Assembly: GCA_934095865.1 (NCBI GenBank) | Contig: CAKOKU010000004.1 | Coordinates: 18,672-82,671, forward strand | Length of the DNA stretch: 64,000 nucleotides | Direction of reading: 5' to 3' | DNA from: an uncultured Bacilli bacterium | Lineage (GTDB): Bacteria; Bacillota_I; Bacilli_A; RF39; UBA660 | Shown here: piece after piece, positions 9,834-20,069 of the stretch | Layout: the number at the start of each line of letters is the position of its first letter | Numbering within the stretch: position 1 is the first letter of the stretch | Program-made: the position numbers and the translations under genes | The notes under the pieces: model-generated | What the model was told of the DNA's origin: nothing | What the model saw: only the letters and a program-made list of their open reading frames with translations | The model's database searches: none

Positions 9834-10763
9834 ATGAGATTAAAAATAGTTAAAAAAATTGCAAAAGAACACCCATTTAATTCTAGAAATTGGAATTATC
9901 AAAGAATAATTAGATATTTGCTAGGTGATGAAAATAACCGTATTATTGAAGCAATGGTAATATGGCATATAAAAGATGGTAAAGTTGTTGAATTTCTTTT
10001 AGAACTAAGTAACATGTATAATTGCCCAGTAGGATGTCAATTCTGTGCTTCAGGAGCATTGGAAAAAACGCCGTACATTTTAAATGTAGAAGATTTTTGG
10101 GAGCAAGTTAATATTATGCTTAATGATAATAAAATTGATCCAAATGACTATACAAAATTTTGTATAAGCTTTACTGGCATAGGAGAACCGTCAATTGTTT
10201 ATAAACAAATTGGCCAATTTATGAGTGAAGCTCAAAAAAAATATTCTCATGTAACCTTTATAATTGGAACTTTTGGTTATGATATCAGATGTTTTGATTA
10301 TTGGAAAAATTTAAACTTAAGAATTAAAACATTACAATTGCCATTTTATTCTTCTGATGGCGCCAAGTTAAAAGAAATTGTAAAAAATCTTCCTGATAAT
10401 TATTCTTTTTATAATAATGTATTAGAAGCTATAAGATATAAAGAAAATGCTAAGTATAATAAATGTAGAGTTAAAATAAATATGCTTGGAATGTGTGGAA
10501 TTAATGATAGTGATAAACAGGTTGATGAATTTATAAGAATATTGGAAACAATTAAAGACAAAATAGAAGTGAGAATATCATTTTTAAATTATACTAAGCA
10601 AGCAGAAAAATATGGTTACATATCTCCTACATTTACTAGGTTAAGAGAAATAGAAAAAAAGTTAAAGGAAAATGGCTTCGAGTGTTATTCTTTTGGGAAT
10701 ATTTCTAATGAAGAAATTGGCTGTGGTCAATTGGTTCAAAATAAAATATCAAGTGAAAAGTAG
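9834..10763 (+). CDS. Radical SAM protein, distantly RlmN/Cfr-like
   Basis: CX3CX2C cluster motif NCPVGCQFCASG, FTGIGEPS (compare GMGEP in RlmN/Cfr) and C-terminal GCGQL (compare ACGQL). Monocistronic, between two terminators. Confidence 0.75.
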   Translation: MRLKIVKKIAKEHPFNSRNWNYQRIIRYLLGDENNRIIEAMVIWHIKDGKVVEFLLELSNMYNCPVGCQFCASGALEKTPYILNVEDFWEQVNIMLNDNKIDPNDYTKFCISFTGIGEPSIVYKQIGQFMSEAQKKYSHVTFIIGTFGYDIRCFDYWKNLNLRIKTLQLPFYSSDGAKLKEIVKNLPDNYSFYNNVLEAIRYKENAKYNKCRVKINMLGMCGINDSDKQVDEFIRILETIKDKIEVRISFLNYTKQAEKYGYISPTFTRLREIEKKLKENGFECYSFGNISNEEIGCGQLVQNKISSEK

Positions 10764-10808
10764 TTTTATAAAAAATTGCACTGGCTAAAAGTATGTTGTA
10801 TTTATTAT

Positions 10809-10838
10809 AGCTTTAGAGATTATCTTCTAAAGCTTTTT
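10809..10838 (+). terminator. Intrinsic terminator after the radical SAM gene
   Basis: AGCTTTAGA (10809..10817) pairs with TCTAAAGCT (10826..10834), followed by a T-run. Confidence 0.6.
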
Positions 10839-10879
10839 AAGTTCTAAAACAGCAAAAATGTCCAAATAGAAATTCATTT

Positions 10880-11245
10880 TTACTTAGTCTTCTTGTCATC
10901 TTTAACAACTTTACTAGCGCATTCCATATATGCTCTAAAAAGCCCGCCAGCTCCCAGTTTAACGCCACCGAAATAACGAATAACAATAATTAGACAATTA
11001 TTTAAATTATTTTTTTCTAAAACTGTATAAATGGGCATTCCAGCGGTACCAGATGGCTCCTTATCATCTGATTTTTTAGCAGTATTCATAAATTTATAAG
11101 CATAGGGAAGGTGCCTAGCTTTTTTATGTTCTTTTTTTAGATTATCAATAATTATATCAACATCGTCAATATCTTCTAATTCATAATAAAATCCTAAAAA
11201 GCGTGATTTTTTGATAATAATTTCATTTGTATTAATAAGTTTCAT
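10880..11245 (-). CDS. IMPACT/YigZ-family N-terminal domain protein (UPF0029), short form
   Basis: PYAYKF...DDKEPSGTAGMPI...VIRYFGGVKLGAGGLFRAY. Track ORF runs to 11257; ATG at 11245 follows GGGTG. No C-terminal DUF1949-like domain. Confidence 0.75.
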   Translation of the reverse strand: MKLINTNEIIIKKSRFLGFYYELEDIDDVDIIIDNLKKEHKKARHLPYAYKFMNTAKKSDDKEPSGTAGMPIYTVLEKNNLNNCLIIVIRYFGGVKLGAGGLFRAYMECASKVVKDDKKTK

Positions 11246-11313
11246 AAAAACACCCATAATAATTATAGCAAAAATAGTTAAAATACTCTATAATTAACAA
11301 AGAAGAGGGAAAT

Positions 11314-13101
11314 ATGGAAAATTTAATTAGAGAAAAATTACATTTAGTGCCTAACTTGCCAGGTTCATATCAAATGCTTGATAAAAACGGCACCATAATA
11401 TATGTTGGCAAAGCCAAAAACTTACATCGTCGTTTATCATCCTATTTTAATCGTGAACAAACCGGAAAAACTAAAAAATTGGTAGAAAATATAGCAGATT
11501 TTAAATATATAGTTGCAACTAGTGAGACTGAAGCTTTTTTAATTGAAATAAATTTAATAAAAAAATATAACCCAAAATATAATATTATGCTTCGTGATGA
11601 CAAAAGTTATCCTTACATTGAGTACATCTCTAAGCCATATCCTAAATTAAAAATATCTCGTTATTTGAATATTAAAAAGAAAGATGGCCGCTATTTATTT
11701 GGACCTTATCCTAATAGCTATGCTGCTAGAAGAATTGTAAATTTAATAAATCGCTTATATCCATTAAAAAAATGTGAAGGCAATCCAAAAGAAGTATGCT
11801 TGTATTATCATATCCATGAATGCTTAGGTTATTGTTCTAAGAATTTAGATATGGAAGCCGTTAATAAAATGGAACAAGAAATTTTATCCTTTTTAAGAGG
11901 CAACACGGAAATTATTAAGAATAAAATTAAAGAAAAAATGCTAACTTATTCCAAAGATTTGAATTTTGAAATGGCTTTAGAATTAAAACAAGAACTAGAA
12001 TATATAGACTATATTGCTGAAAAACAGAAAGTTGATTTACCAGATTTAGTTAATCGTGACATTATTAATTATTATACTAGAAACGGTTATGCTTCCATTA
12101 CCATATTTTATATTCGAAACGGGAAATTAATGGGAAACAAGAATAAAGTACTTGCTATTGCTAGTTTGGATGACATTTTATCTTATATTGCCAATTTTTA
12201 TTTACGAAGCGAGATTCCTAAAGAAATTCTTGTTCCTGATAGCCTTGATAAAGAGCTTCTTGCCAATACTCTGAATGCTAAATTTTTAACGCCTGAAAAA
12301 GGAATAAAAAAAGAATTGCTAGAAATGGCCTTAACTAATGCTAAAATAAGTTTTGAAAACGAATTTAAATTAATTGAAAAAGATAAAGAGCGAACAGAAA
12401 AAGCCAATGAAGAACTTGCTTTTGTTCTAAATATGGAAGACATTCATCGGATTGATGTCTTTGATAACTCCAATCTTTTTGGCACTTTTGCTGTCAGTGG
12501 AATGGTAGTTTTTATAGATGGCAAGCCAGCTAAATCAGAATACCGCAAATACAAAATCTTAGTAGATAAAAATGATGATTATCATACAATGCAAGAAGTT
12601 ATTTACCGCCGTTATAATCGTGCCATGATTGAAAATCTTAACTTACCCGACTTAATAATAACTGATGGTGGTGAAAATCAAATTCGCGCAGCCAAAGAAA
12701 TTTTAGATGACCTAGGCTTAAATATTAAAGTAGTAGGTCTTAAAAAGGATGACCATCATCGTACCAATGTCTTAGTTGATAGTACTCTAAAATGTATAAC
12801 CATTGATCCAACATCTAATTTATTTCATTATCTAACAAGAATGCAAGATAAAGTTCATAGATATACCATTAATTATCACCGTGAAATAAGATCTAAAGGT
12901 TCAATTAGTAGTGTTTTAGATAACATTGAAGGAATTGGCCCCAAAAGAAAAAAAGAATTGATAAAAAAATATGGCAGTCTTAAAAATATTAGTGGTGCTT
13001 CCGAAGAGGAATTAGCTACTATTTTACCTAATAAAGTTGCCGAAGAATTAAAAGCCTATTTAACCTCATATTTGGAAAATAAAGAAAAAAAGAACGATTA
13101 A
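11314..13101 (+). CDS. uvrC: Excinuclease ABC subunit C
   Basis: GIY-YIG N-terminus (GSYQMLDKNGTIIYVGKAKNLHRR), UvrBC domain, and C-terminal HhH (IEGIGPKRKKELIKKYGS). Confidence 0.97.
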   Translation: MENLIREKLHLVPNLPGSYQMLDKNGTIIYVGKAKNLHRRLSSYFNREQTGKTKKLVENIADFKYIVATSETEAFLIEINLIKKYNPKYNIMLRDDKSYPYIEYISKPYPKLKISRYLNIKKKDGRYLFGPYPNSYAARRIVNLINRLYPLKKCEGNPKEVCLYYHIHECLGYCSKNLDMEAVNKMEQEILSFLRGNTEIIKNKIKEKMLTYSKDLNFEMALELKQELEYIDYIAEKQKVDLPDLVNRDIINYYTRNGYASITIFYIRNGKLMGNKNKVLAIASLDDILSYIANFYLRSEIPKEILVPDSLDKELLANTLNAKFLTPEKGIKKELLEMALTNAKISFENEFKLIEKDKERTEKANEELAFVLNMEDIHRIDVFDNSNLFGTFAVSGMVVFIDGKPAKSEYRKYKILVDKNDDYHTMQEVIYRRYNRAMIENLNLPDLIITDGGENQIRAAKEILDDLGLNIKVVGLKKDDHHRTNVLVDSTLKCITIDPTSNLFHYLTRMQDKVHRYTINYHREIRSKGSISSVLDNIEGIGPKRKKELIKKYGSLKNISGASEEELATILPNKVAEELKAYLTSYLENKEKKND

Positions 13102-13124
13102 GTCATCATACCCAGGAGAATTAA

Positions 13125-14126
13125 ATGATTAATATTAAAAAAGAACTGCAAATAATACCAACTAAAACTTGTAAAGAATATTTTAATCCTGCTATGGTGT
13201 ATATTCCTGTCAAAAATAATTCTAAGTTTCTATGTAAGCCAGTTGTAAAAGGCGAAATGATTGAGGATAAAATAGTACCCGTATCCGGTCAGATAATAGC
13301 CGTAGCTGTTGATAATAAAAGTAATTATCTAGTCATAAAAAATGATTTTAAAGAACAAAATTCCAACTTAAAACCAATTTTAATATCTATCAACTGTCAA
13401 ATTTTGTATATCAATTGTTTAAATAAAGATCCCTTAAATAATAATGCATACCATCTTCTAAAAAGAGATTTTGAAAAAATAAATACCGCTATCCATTATT
13501 TATTAGACGCTAATATTAGTAAAGTTGTCTTTTTAGTAGCCTCGACCGAAGAAGAAATGATAAAGAAATTAAATGAAATAACAACAGATAAAATAAATAT
13601 TCAAATCATAAATGATGTCTATCCCTTAGGATATAGTTCTTTATTAAAAAAATATCTCCATCTTCCGGCCAACGTACAATTGATCAGTCTAGATTATTTA
13701 TTGCAAATTTATTATTCTAATATCAAACACAGTTTTAAGACTACCCATTATATTACTTGCGCTGGAACGGCCCTTCAGGAATCTTTAGTAATTGAACTTA
13801 AAAATTATACTATTTTAAACGACATATTACCATTTTTAAAATTTCAAACCAATGATTATACGATTTTGTTAAACAATAGTTTATGTGGTCAAGAAATAGA
13901 TATAAAAACAGTAATTACTAATGATATAAAAACTATTATTTTTAATAAAAAAGAGGTTAAAAGAGAAGAAGTATGCCTTAATTGTGGACTTTGTTACCGA
14001 GTTTGTCCATGGCACATTAATCCTTTAAATAATGTTAAATGTCCCAATTGTGGTTTATGTAATTACGTTTGTCCTAGCAAAATAAATATAAAAGTTATAG
14101 ATAAAGAGGTACAACACGATGAGTAA
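13125..14126 (+). CDS. RnfC-like protein with two 4Fe-4S ferredoxin motifs; nucleotide-binding motif absent
   Basis: The N-terminal barrel-sandwich-like region (VVKGEMIEDKIVPVSGQIIAV), LYINCLNKDP (compare IINGAECEPY) and C-terminal CLNCGLCYRVCP plus CPNCGLCNYVCP align with RnfC. There is no GG dipeptide anywhere, so the GGAGFP motif is missing. Confidence 0.6.
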   Translation: MINIKKELQIIPTKTCKEYFNPAMVYIPVKNNSKFLCKPVVKGEMIEDKIVPVSGQIIAVAVDNKSNYLVIKNDFKEQNSNLKPILISINCQILYINCLNKDPLNNNAYHLLKRDFEKINTAIHYLLDANISKVVFLVASTEEEMIKKLNEITTDKINIQIINDVYPLGYSSLLKKYLHLPANVQLISLDYLLQIYYSNIKHSFKTTHYITCAGTALQESLVIELKNYTILNDILPFLKFQTNDYTILLNNSLCGQEIDIKTVITNDIKTIIFNKKEVKREEVCLNCGLCYRVCPWHINPLNNVKCPNCGLCNYVCPSKINIKVIDKEVQHDE

Positions 14127-14982
14127 TTATTTAAAACGACCAACTACAAATAAAAAGTATGCTTTATTTTTCGTGCTTTCTTTATTGCCAATGTTCTTTT
14201 ACAGCATTTATAAATATAGTATTATGCCTTGGCTACAAGGTTTTAATAATTATTTAGAACTACTAAAAGTACCAAGTTTATTATTAATTAATATAATAAT
14301 AGTATTTTTATATAATTTTCATAATCATAAACCTAATTATTACTTATATTATGAAACATCAGTACTAGTTTTATTGCTGCCAATCACAGTATCTTATTAC
14401 TTAAGTGCTATTTTATGTTTGCTTTATTTGCTTTTTAATAGATTACTAGCAGGAAAGAAAATAAACTGTCTAGCCTTGAGCCTGCTAATTGGCTATTTTG
14501 GCCTATTTTTTCTAAACCAGTTAAATTATTTAGCCGTTTATGAAAGTTCTATACCTAATGCCTTTACTACCATAGATATGTTTTTTGGCCATAGCATCGC
14601 CCCCATAGGAGCCTCTAGTCCTTTTTTAATTATTATTACATACTTTCTTTTAAGCTTAAATAATCTCTATAAAAAGGATATTCCGTGGCATTTATTTATC
14701 TTTTATTTGTTTTTAGTATTTAGTATTGGTATATATTCTGGTACTGCCATAAACATAATTAAAAACACTTTAAATAGTAATATTCTTTTAAGTTTTGTTT
14801 GTTTAATTCCATTAAACTATGCTAGTCCAATCACTAAAAAAGGTGAACTTTGGTATTGTTTTTTCATTAGTGCATTAACCTTCTTTTTACTACCCATAGT
14901 GTCATATTTTGCAAGCTTTATAGCAAGTATTTTATGCAGTCTAGTATATAGTCTAATAAGTTTTATAAAAAAGCCTAGATAG
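14119..14982 (+). CDS. RnfD/NqrB-like polytopic membrane protein
   Basis: About 8 TM segments. C-terminal ASPITKKGELWYCFFISALT resembles the TDPVTSPxTxxG region of RnfD/NqrB. Its start overlaps the RnfC-like stop by 8 nt. Confidence 0.5.
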   Translation: MSNYLKRPTTNKKYALFFVLSLLPMFFYSIYKYSIMPWLQGFNNYLELLKVPSLLLINIIIVFLYNFHNHKPNYYLYYETSVLVLLLPITVSYYLSAILCLLYLLFNRLLAGKKINCLALSLLIGYFGLFFLNQLNYLAVYESSIPNAFTTIDMFFGHSIAPIGASSPFLIIITYFLLSLNNLYKKDIPWHLFIFYLFLVFSIGIYSGTAINIIKNTLNSNILLSFVCLIPLNYASPITKKGELWYCFFISALTFFLLPIVSYFASFIASILCSLVYSLISFIKKPR

Positions 14983-15055
14983 CCTTGATTTTATTTTTAA
15001 AATAAGCTATTATCTTTAAGTAAATAAATTTTGTTTTTTAGAAAAGAGTAGTAAT

Positions 15056-16084
15056 ATGAATATAAATGAATTTGATTATGATTTACCTAAAAATTTAATT
15101 GCTCAAACACCATTAAAGGTTCGTAGTGATTCCAAACTTTTAGTTCTTGATAAAGTAACGGGGGCGGTTGAACATTCTAAATTTTATGATATCAAAAAAT
15201 ATTTAGAGCCATCTGATGTTTTAGTTTTAAATGATACTAAAGTTATCCCTGCCAGATTAATTGGTGAAAAGGAAGACACTCACGCCCATATAGAACTTTT
15301 ATTATTACATACACTAAATGATGATGTCTGGGAATGCTTAGCCAAACCTCAAAAAAGATTGCATTTGGATACAATAATATCATTTGGTGAAGGTTTGCTA
15401 AAAGCTCAAGTTATTAAAATTCTTGCTGACGGTTTAGTCCATGTTAAATTAATTTATGATGGTATTTTAATGGAGATATTAGATAAATTAGGAACTATGC
15501 CATTACCTCCCTATATCCATGAACAATTAGAAGATAAAGATCGTTATCAAACTGTTTATGCTAAAAATCTAGGTAGTGCCGCTGCGCCAACTGCTGGCCT
15601 TCATTTTACGAAAGAATTATTAAAAGAAATTGAAGCTATGGGAGTTACTATTTGTTATGTTACCCTACACGTTGGTTTAGGAACCTTTAGGCCTGTTGCT
15701 GAAGAAAATGTTTTAGAACATAAAATGCACAGCGAATATTATCATATGGATGAGGCAACAGCCAATATTTTAAATCAAGCAAAGCAAGAACATCGTCGTA
15801 TTATTTCTGTTGGTACCACATCTTGCAGAACTTTAGAAACCATCGCTCATAATAATAAGGGTAAATTCGTTGCTTGTAATGGCAATACAGATATCTTTAT
15901 ATATCCTGGTTATAAATTTATGGCCATTGATGCTTTAATTACTAATTTCCATTTGCCAAAATCAACTCTTGTTATGTTAGTATCAGCCCTAGCCGGAAAA
16001 GATAATATTTTAAATGCCTATAAAATTGCCATTGCCAACAATTACCGTTTCTTTTCTTTTGGCGATGCCATGTTTATTAAATAG
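15056..16084 (+). CDS. queA: S-adenosylmethionine:tRNA ribosyltransferase-isomerase
   Basis: Full-length QueA ([15 protein letters not shown]..., [19 protein letters not shown]). Confidence 0.97.
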   Translation: MNINEFDYDLPKNLIAQTPLKVRSDSKLLVLDKVTGAVEHSKFYDIKKYLEPSDVLVLNDTKVIPARLIGEKEDTHAHIELLLLHTLNDDVWECLAKPQKRLHLDTIISFGEGLLKAQVIKILADGLVHVKLIYDGILMEILDKLGTMPLPPYIHEQLEDKDRYQTVYAKNLGSAAAPTAGLHFTKELLKEIEAMGVTICYVTLHVGLGTFRPVAEENVLEHKMHSEYYHMDEATANILNQAKQEHRRIISVGTTSCRTLETIAHNNKGKFVACNGNTDIFIYPGYKFMAIDALITNFHLPKSTLVMLVSALAGKDNILNAYKIAIANNYRFFSFGDAMFIK

Positions 16085-16106
16085 AGAATTAATTTTCTCT
16101 TTTTTA
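16083..16106. terminator. Bidirectional hairpin between convergent queA and the flippase gene
   Basis: AGAGAA (16083..16088) pairs with TTCTCT (16095..16100), followed by a T-run. Confidence 0.5.
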
Positions 16107-17405
16107 TTTTGCTTCTTTTAAGACTTTCTTTAATTTTTGACTATTTCGACCAACGACATAAAATATATCTACTGCTTCGCTAATAACCAAACCATATAAG
16201 CCAATTTTTAATAAACTACATAAGAAAAGAACTAACAATTTAATAAAGATACCAATCGTAGTGGTTTTAAGAGTATACGTTCCATAGCCAATTCCTTGAA
16301 GAATGCTAGAAATAGGGGCTTCTAAATAATAAAAAGTAAAGAAGGGACTTAAGGCTAAAATATAGTTGCCACCCATAGGTGTATTATAGATAAGTTTCAA
16401 TAAAAAATTGCGAAAAATAGTAACGAAAACAACAGTTATTAAACCAATAATTCCCGAAATCAGTACCGCTTCTTTTGTCCTTTTTCTTACTAAATCAAAC
16501 TTTCTTTGACTATAAAATTTAGAAACTTCTGGAATAATGGAGGTGCAAATTGCTTGAATTAAAAAAGCTGGCATTAATAAGAGAGCTAAAGAGTAACTAT
16601 TATAAATACCATATTCTAAAATAAAATATTTTGAACTATAACCGACATATAAAAGTGTAGAGGAAAGAATGATTGGCTCAAAAAAATAACCAATATTGCC
16701 AATTATCCGACTGGAAACTAGCGGCAAAGAAACATTAAATAATTCATTGAAAACAACTTTATCATACTTTATTTGACCAAGATTAATTTCTGTTTTTTTA
16801 GGTAATAATAAAAGAAAAGTAAAAATACTTGCAGCTTCTGTTAAAATATTTAAAAGTAGATAAGATAAAATACCAAGTACTAATGATTTTTTAACTAGAT
16901 GTGGTAAGATAAAAATAATAAAAAGTAGTCTAATTGTCTGTTCAATAACATTTGACACATTATTTGGAAGCATCTTTTGCTTACCATAAAAATATCCTTT
17001 AAGAACACAAGCTAAAGCCATATTCGGCATTGCAAGAGCACTCCCAATAATTAAAACCTTAACTCGCGGTTCGTGTAATAGATAGGTACTTATAAAATCA
17101 CTACTTAAAATAATCGCTACTACGGCTATAAAATTTAACAACAATAAAAAAATAATACCTTGCTCCATCACTTTTCGACTGCGAATTTTTCCCTCAGCAA
17201 TAACTTTAGAAATCGCTTGGGGCATACCGAATCCCGCAATAGTAACCATAAGTGAAAAAAAGGGCATAATTAAACTATAAAGACCAATACCTTCAGGGCC
17301 AAGAATACGTGTATATAAAATCTTGATAATAAAACTTAAAATTTTAACAACAAAACCTCCAAGACATAATATCAATGTACTCAAAAGGAATTGATTTTTT
17401 TGCAT
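16104..17405 (-). CDS. MOP-superfamily flippase (SpoVB/MurJ-like polysaccharide biosynthesis protein)
   Basis: 433 aa with about 12 TM segments. Its position next to the comN-like gene and relA mirrors B. subtilis spoVB. Confidence 0.65.
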   Translation of the reverse strand: MQKNQFLLSTLILCLGGFVVKILSFIIKILYTRILGPEGIGLYSLIMPFFSLMVTIAGFGMPQAISKVIAEGKIRSRKVMEQGIIFLLLLNFIAVVAIILSSDFISTYLLHEPRVKVLIIGSALAMPNMALACVLKGYFYGKQKMLPNNVSNVIEQTIRLLFIIFILPHLVKKSLVLGILSYLLLNILTEAASIFTFLLLLPKKTEINLGQIKYDKVVFNELFNVSLPLVSSRIIGNIGYFFEPIILSSTLLYVGYSSKYFILEYGIYNSYSLALLLMPAFLIQAICTSIIPEVSKFYSQRKFDLVRKRTKEAVLISGIIGLITVVFVTIFRNFLLKLIYNTPMGGNYILALSPFFTFYYLEAPISSILQGIGYGTYTLKTTTIGIFIKLLVLFLCSLLKIGLYGLVISEAVDIFYVVGRNSQKLKKVLKEAK

Positions 17406-17567
17406 AAAGTCTCACCTAATTAATAATATGAATCCTAAAATAAATAATTAGTTAAAAATTTACTTTTAAGTCCTTATCTCGTTAAATAGATAAATATTAA
17501 ACTCTATTAATAAGTTTCATCTGACTAAATTAATATTTAAAAAATCATAGAAAAAAGCGCTTTCAAC

Positions 17568-17596
17568 TTCACTAACGACTAAATTTAGTTTATAAT
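17568..17596 (+). promoter_or_regulatory. Candidate SigA promoter for comN-like, relA and dtd
   Basis: TTCACT, 17-nt spacer, TATAAT (17591..17596). Confidence 0.4.
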
Positions 17597-17622
17597 ATTA
17601 GAGAAAGAAGGCGGGTGTTTGG

Positions 17623-17880
17623 ATGAACGACTTAGAATTTACCAGTGTCTTAGAATTAAAGGCTCATATAAAACCAGCCTTGGACTGTCGAGTAAAAGAA
17701 TTAACTCGTAAAAATATAAAATATGTTAGTCAAGATGATATTTTTGAGTATTTACGTATTAATGTTTGGCCAACTAAAACTAATCTAACTTTATATAATA
17801 TAGTTGATGATGTCTTAAACGTTGATGACAAGTTATTATGTGATTACGTCATATCTAAATTAAATAAGAACAATAAATAG
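17623..17880 (+). CDS. Post-transcriptional regulator ComN/YrzD-like small protein
   Basis: 85 aa. The pattern LKAHIKPALDCRVKEL...VSQDDIFEYLRINVWP...LYNIVDDVLNV, and the position between the spoVB-like gene and relA, fit my recollection of ComN. Confidence 0.5.
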   Translation: MNDLEFTSVLELKAHIKPALDCRVKELTRKNIKYVSQDDIFEYLRINVWPTKTNLTLYNIVDDVLNVDDKLLCDYVISKLNKNNK

Positions 17881-17903
17881 AAAATTTATAGAAAGGCCGA
17901 AAA

Positions 17904-20069
17904 ATGGAAGAAACACTAAAGAAAAGATATAAACAAGTTGATTATGCAACTTTAATGGCAAAAATAAAGACTTATATAACTGATGAAAAGGAACTAGAAA
18001 CAATTAACCGAGCTTATGAATATGCCGCTGCTGCTCACGAAGGCCGTTACCGTAAGAGTGGTGATGCTTACATAATACATCCTATAAACGTCTGCTATAT
18101 TTTAACATCTTTAAACGCTGATTATGTAACTTTATCTGCCGCTATGATGCACGAAGTAGTAAATCATGCTGGTAAAACCGTGGCCGAGATTCGAAAATTA
18201 TTTGGTGATGACATTGCCAACATAGTTGATAATATCTCTAAAATAAATCGCTTAGCTCTAAGTGATGACAAAGAAACGACTGCTATCAATTTGCGTAAAG
18301 TTTTAGTAGGCTTATCTAGTGATGTTCGTGTTTTATTTGTCAAATTAGCAGATAGGCTTCATAATATGCAAACTATTTGGGCACTTGATCCCGAAGCTCA
18401 AAAAAGTAAAGCTAACGAAACTGTTTCTGTTTTAATTCCTATTGCCCACCGTCTAGGTATTAATAAGATAAAAGCTGAACTAGAAGATTTGTCTTTATAC
18501 TATACAAAGCCTGATGTCTATAAAGATATTGAAGAAAAATTAAATAATGAGAGCACTAAATTAAATGAAGAATTAGAACTAATGAAACAAGAATTAGTTG
18601 ATATTTTAAATGAAAATAATATTAACTTTCACATTAAAGCCCGTGTCAAAAGTGTCCATAGTATTTATGAAAAAATGGCTAAAGGTAAAAAATGGAATGA
18701 AATTTATGATATTTTAGCACTTAGAATTATTGTTGATACCGTAAGTGATTGTTATTTAACAATTGGCTTAATTCATGCTAAATTTAGACCGCTTCCAAAG
18801 CGCTTTAAAGATTATATAGCGATGCCAAAAGAAAATATGTACCAATCTTTACATACATCAATCTTTGGTGTTGATGGCTACGTTTACGAAGTTCAAATTC
18901 GTACCAATGAAATGGATGAAATTGCTGAAAAAGGTATTGCCAGTCACTGGTCTTATAAAGAACATTCAAAAGGCGGCGTTACAAACGTTTTTGAACAAAA
19001 ATTAGAAATGTTTAGAAATTTAATTGAACAACACAGTGATAATTTAAGTGATACCGACTTAAAGCAAGAACTTAATCAAGAAGCCCTATCAAAAATGATT
19101 TATTGCTTCACACCTAAAGGAGATGTTGTTGAACTACCAGTCAATTCAACCCCAATCGATTTCGCTTACCGTATTCACTCTAAAGTAGGAGATACTACCG
19201 TGGGCGCTATTGTTAATGAAGTGATGGTACCCTTAAATAGTCCTTTGCAAGATGGGGATATTATTGAAATAAAAACTAATAAAGATAGCACGCCAAATAA
19301 AGAATGGCTAACTTTCGTTAAAACTAGTCAAGCCAAAAACAAAATAAAGTCTTATTTTTCTAAAATCGACCGTGAAGAGTATATTAAAAAAGGTCAAAGC
19401 CTATTAGAAAAAGAAATAAGAAGAAGAAAGCTTACTATTAGCGATGTCCTAAGTCAAGAACGTATAAATAAAGTATGTAAAGACTTAAAATTAGATGACT
19501 TAGAAGATATTTACTTATCAATTGGTTCCCTAAGATTTACACCAACTTACATTATTAACATTGCTTATGAAGACAAGAAAAATGTTCATGATATTCTTTT
19601 AGATCGTATAGGAAAATCAGAAGAAAATATCAATTATAAGAGTGATATAATAGTAGCCGGCAGTGGCGACATTAAAGTAAATATAGCGAAATGTTGTAAA
19701 CCGGTCAAAGGGGATAAAATAATTGGCTATATTACCAAAGGTGAAGGCATTACCGTTCATAAAGCTGACTGTAAAAATGTATCTAATACTAATCGTCTTA
19801 TTGAAGTTGCATGGAATGCTAAAAATGATACTTTTTACTATACAGATATAATCATTACCACGCTAAGTAATAAAAATTACTTATATGATATTGTAAGCCT
19901 TGCTAAAGAAAAAGAAATATATGTCGAAGCAGTAAGTACTAAGAATAACTTTAATAATACTGAATATAAAATTACTTTAAAAATTAAAAATGTTCAAGAA
20001 TTGGATAATTTAATAATAGCCTTAAATAATGCAAATTATGTTTTGAATGTAGAAAGAGTTAAAAACTAA
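17904..20069 (+). CDS. relA: Bifunctional (p)ppGpp synthetase/hydrolase
   Basis: HD domain (HEGRYRKSGDAYIIHP), synthetase domain (MYQSLHTSI, YEVQIRT), TGS and ACT-like C-terminus. Confidence 0.95.
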   Translation: MEETLKKRYKQVDYATLMAKIKTYITDEKELETINRAYEYAAAAHEGRYRKSGDAYIIHPINVCYILTSLNADYVTLSAAMMHEVVNHAGKTVAEIRKLFGDDIANIVDNISKINRLALSDDKETTAINLRKVLVGLSSDVRVLFVKLADRLHNMQTIWALDPEAQKSKANETVSVLIPIAHRLGINKIKAELEDLSLYYTKPDVYKDIEEKLNNESTKLNEELELMKQELVDILNENNINFHIKARVKSVHSIYEKMAKGKKWNEIYDILALRIIVDTVSDCYLTIGLIHAKFRPLPKRFKDYIAMPKENMYQSLHTSIFGVDGYVYEVQIRTNEMDEIAEKGIASHWSYKEHSKGGVTNVFEQKLEMFRNLIEQHSDNLSDTDLKQELNQEALSKMIYCFTPKGDVVELPVNSTPIDFAYRIHSKVGDTTVGAIVNEVMVPLNSPLQDGDIIEIKTNKDSTPNKEWLTFVKTSQAKNKIKSYFSKIDREEYIKKGQSLLEKEIRRRKLTISDVLSQERINKVCKDLKLDDLEDIYLSIGSLRFTPTYIINIAYEDKKNVHDILLDRIGKSEENINYKSDIIVAGSGDIKVNIAKCCKPVKGDKIIGYITKGEGITVHKADCKNVSNTNRLIEVAWNAKNDTFYYTDIIITTLSNKNYLYDIVSLAKEKEIYVEAVSTKNNFNNTEYKITLKIKNVQELDNLIIALNNANYVLNVERVKN

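Noticed and set aside
9834-10763. Calling the radical SAM gene a Cfr-type antibiotic resistance determinant.
   Set aside because: It lacks the conserved upstream cysteine and the N-terminal region of RlmN/Cfr, and no mobile-element context is visible. Only distant family resemblance can be claimed.
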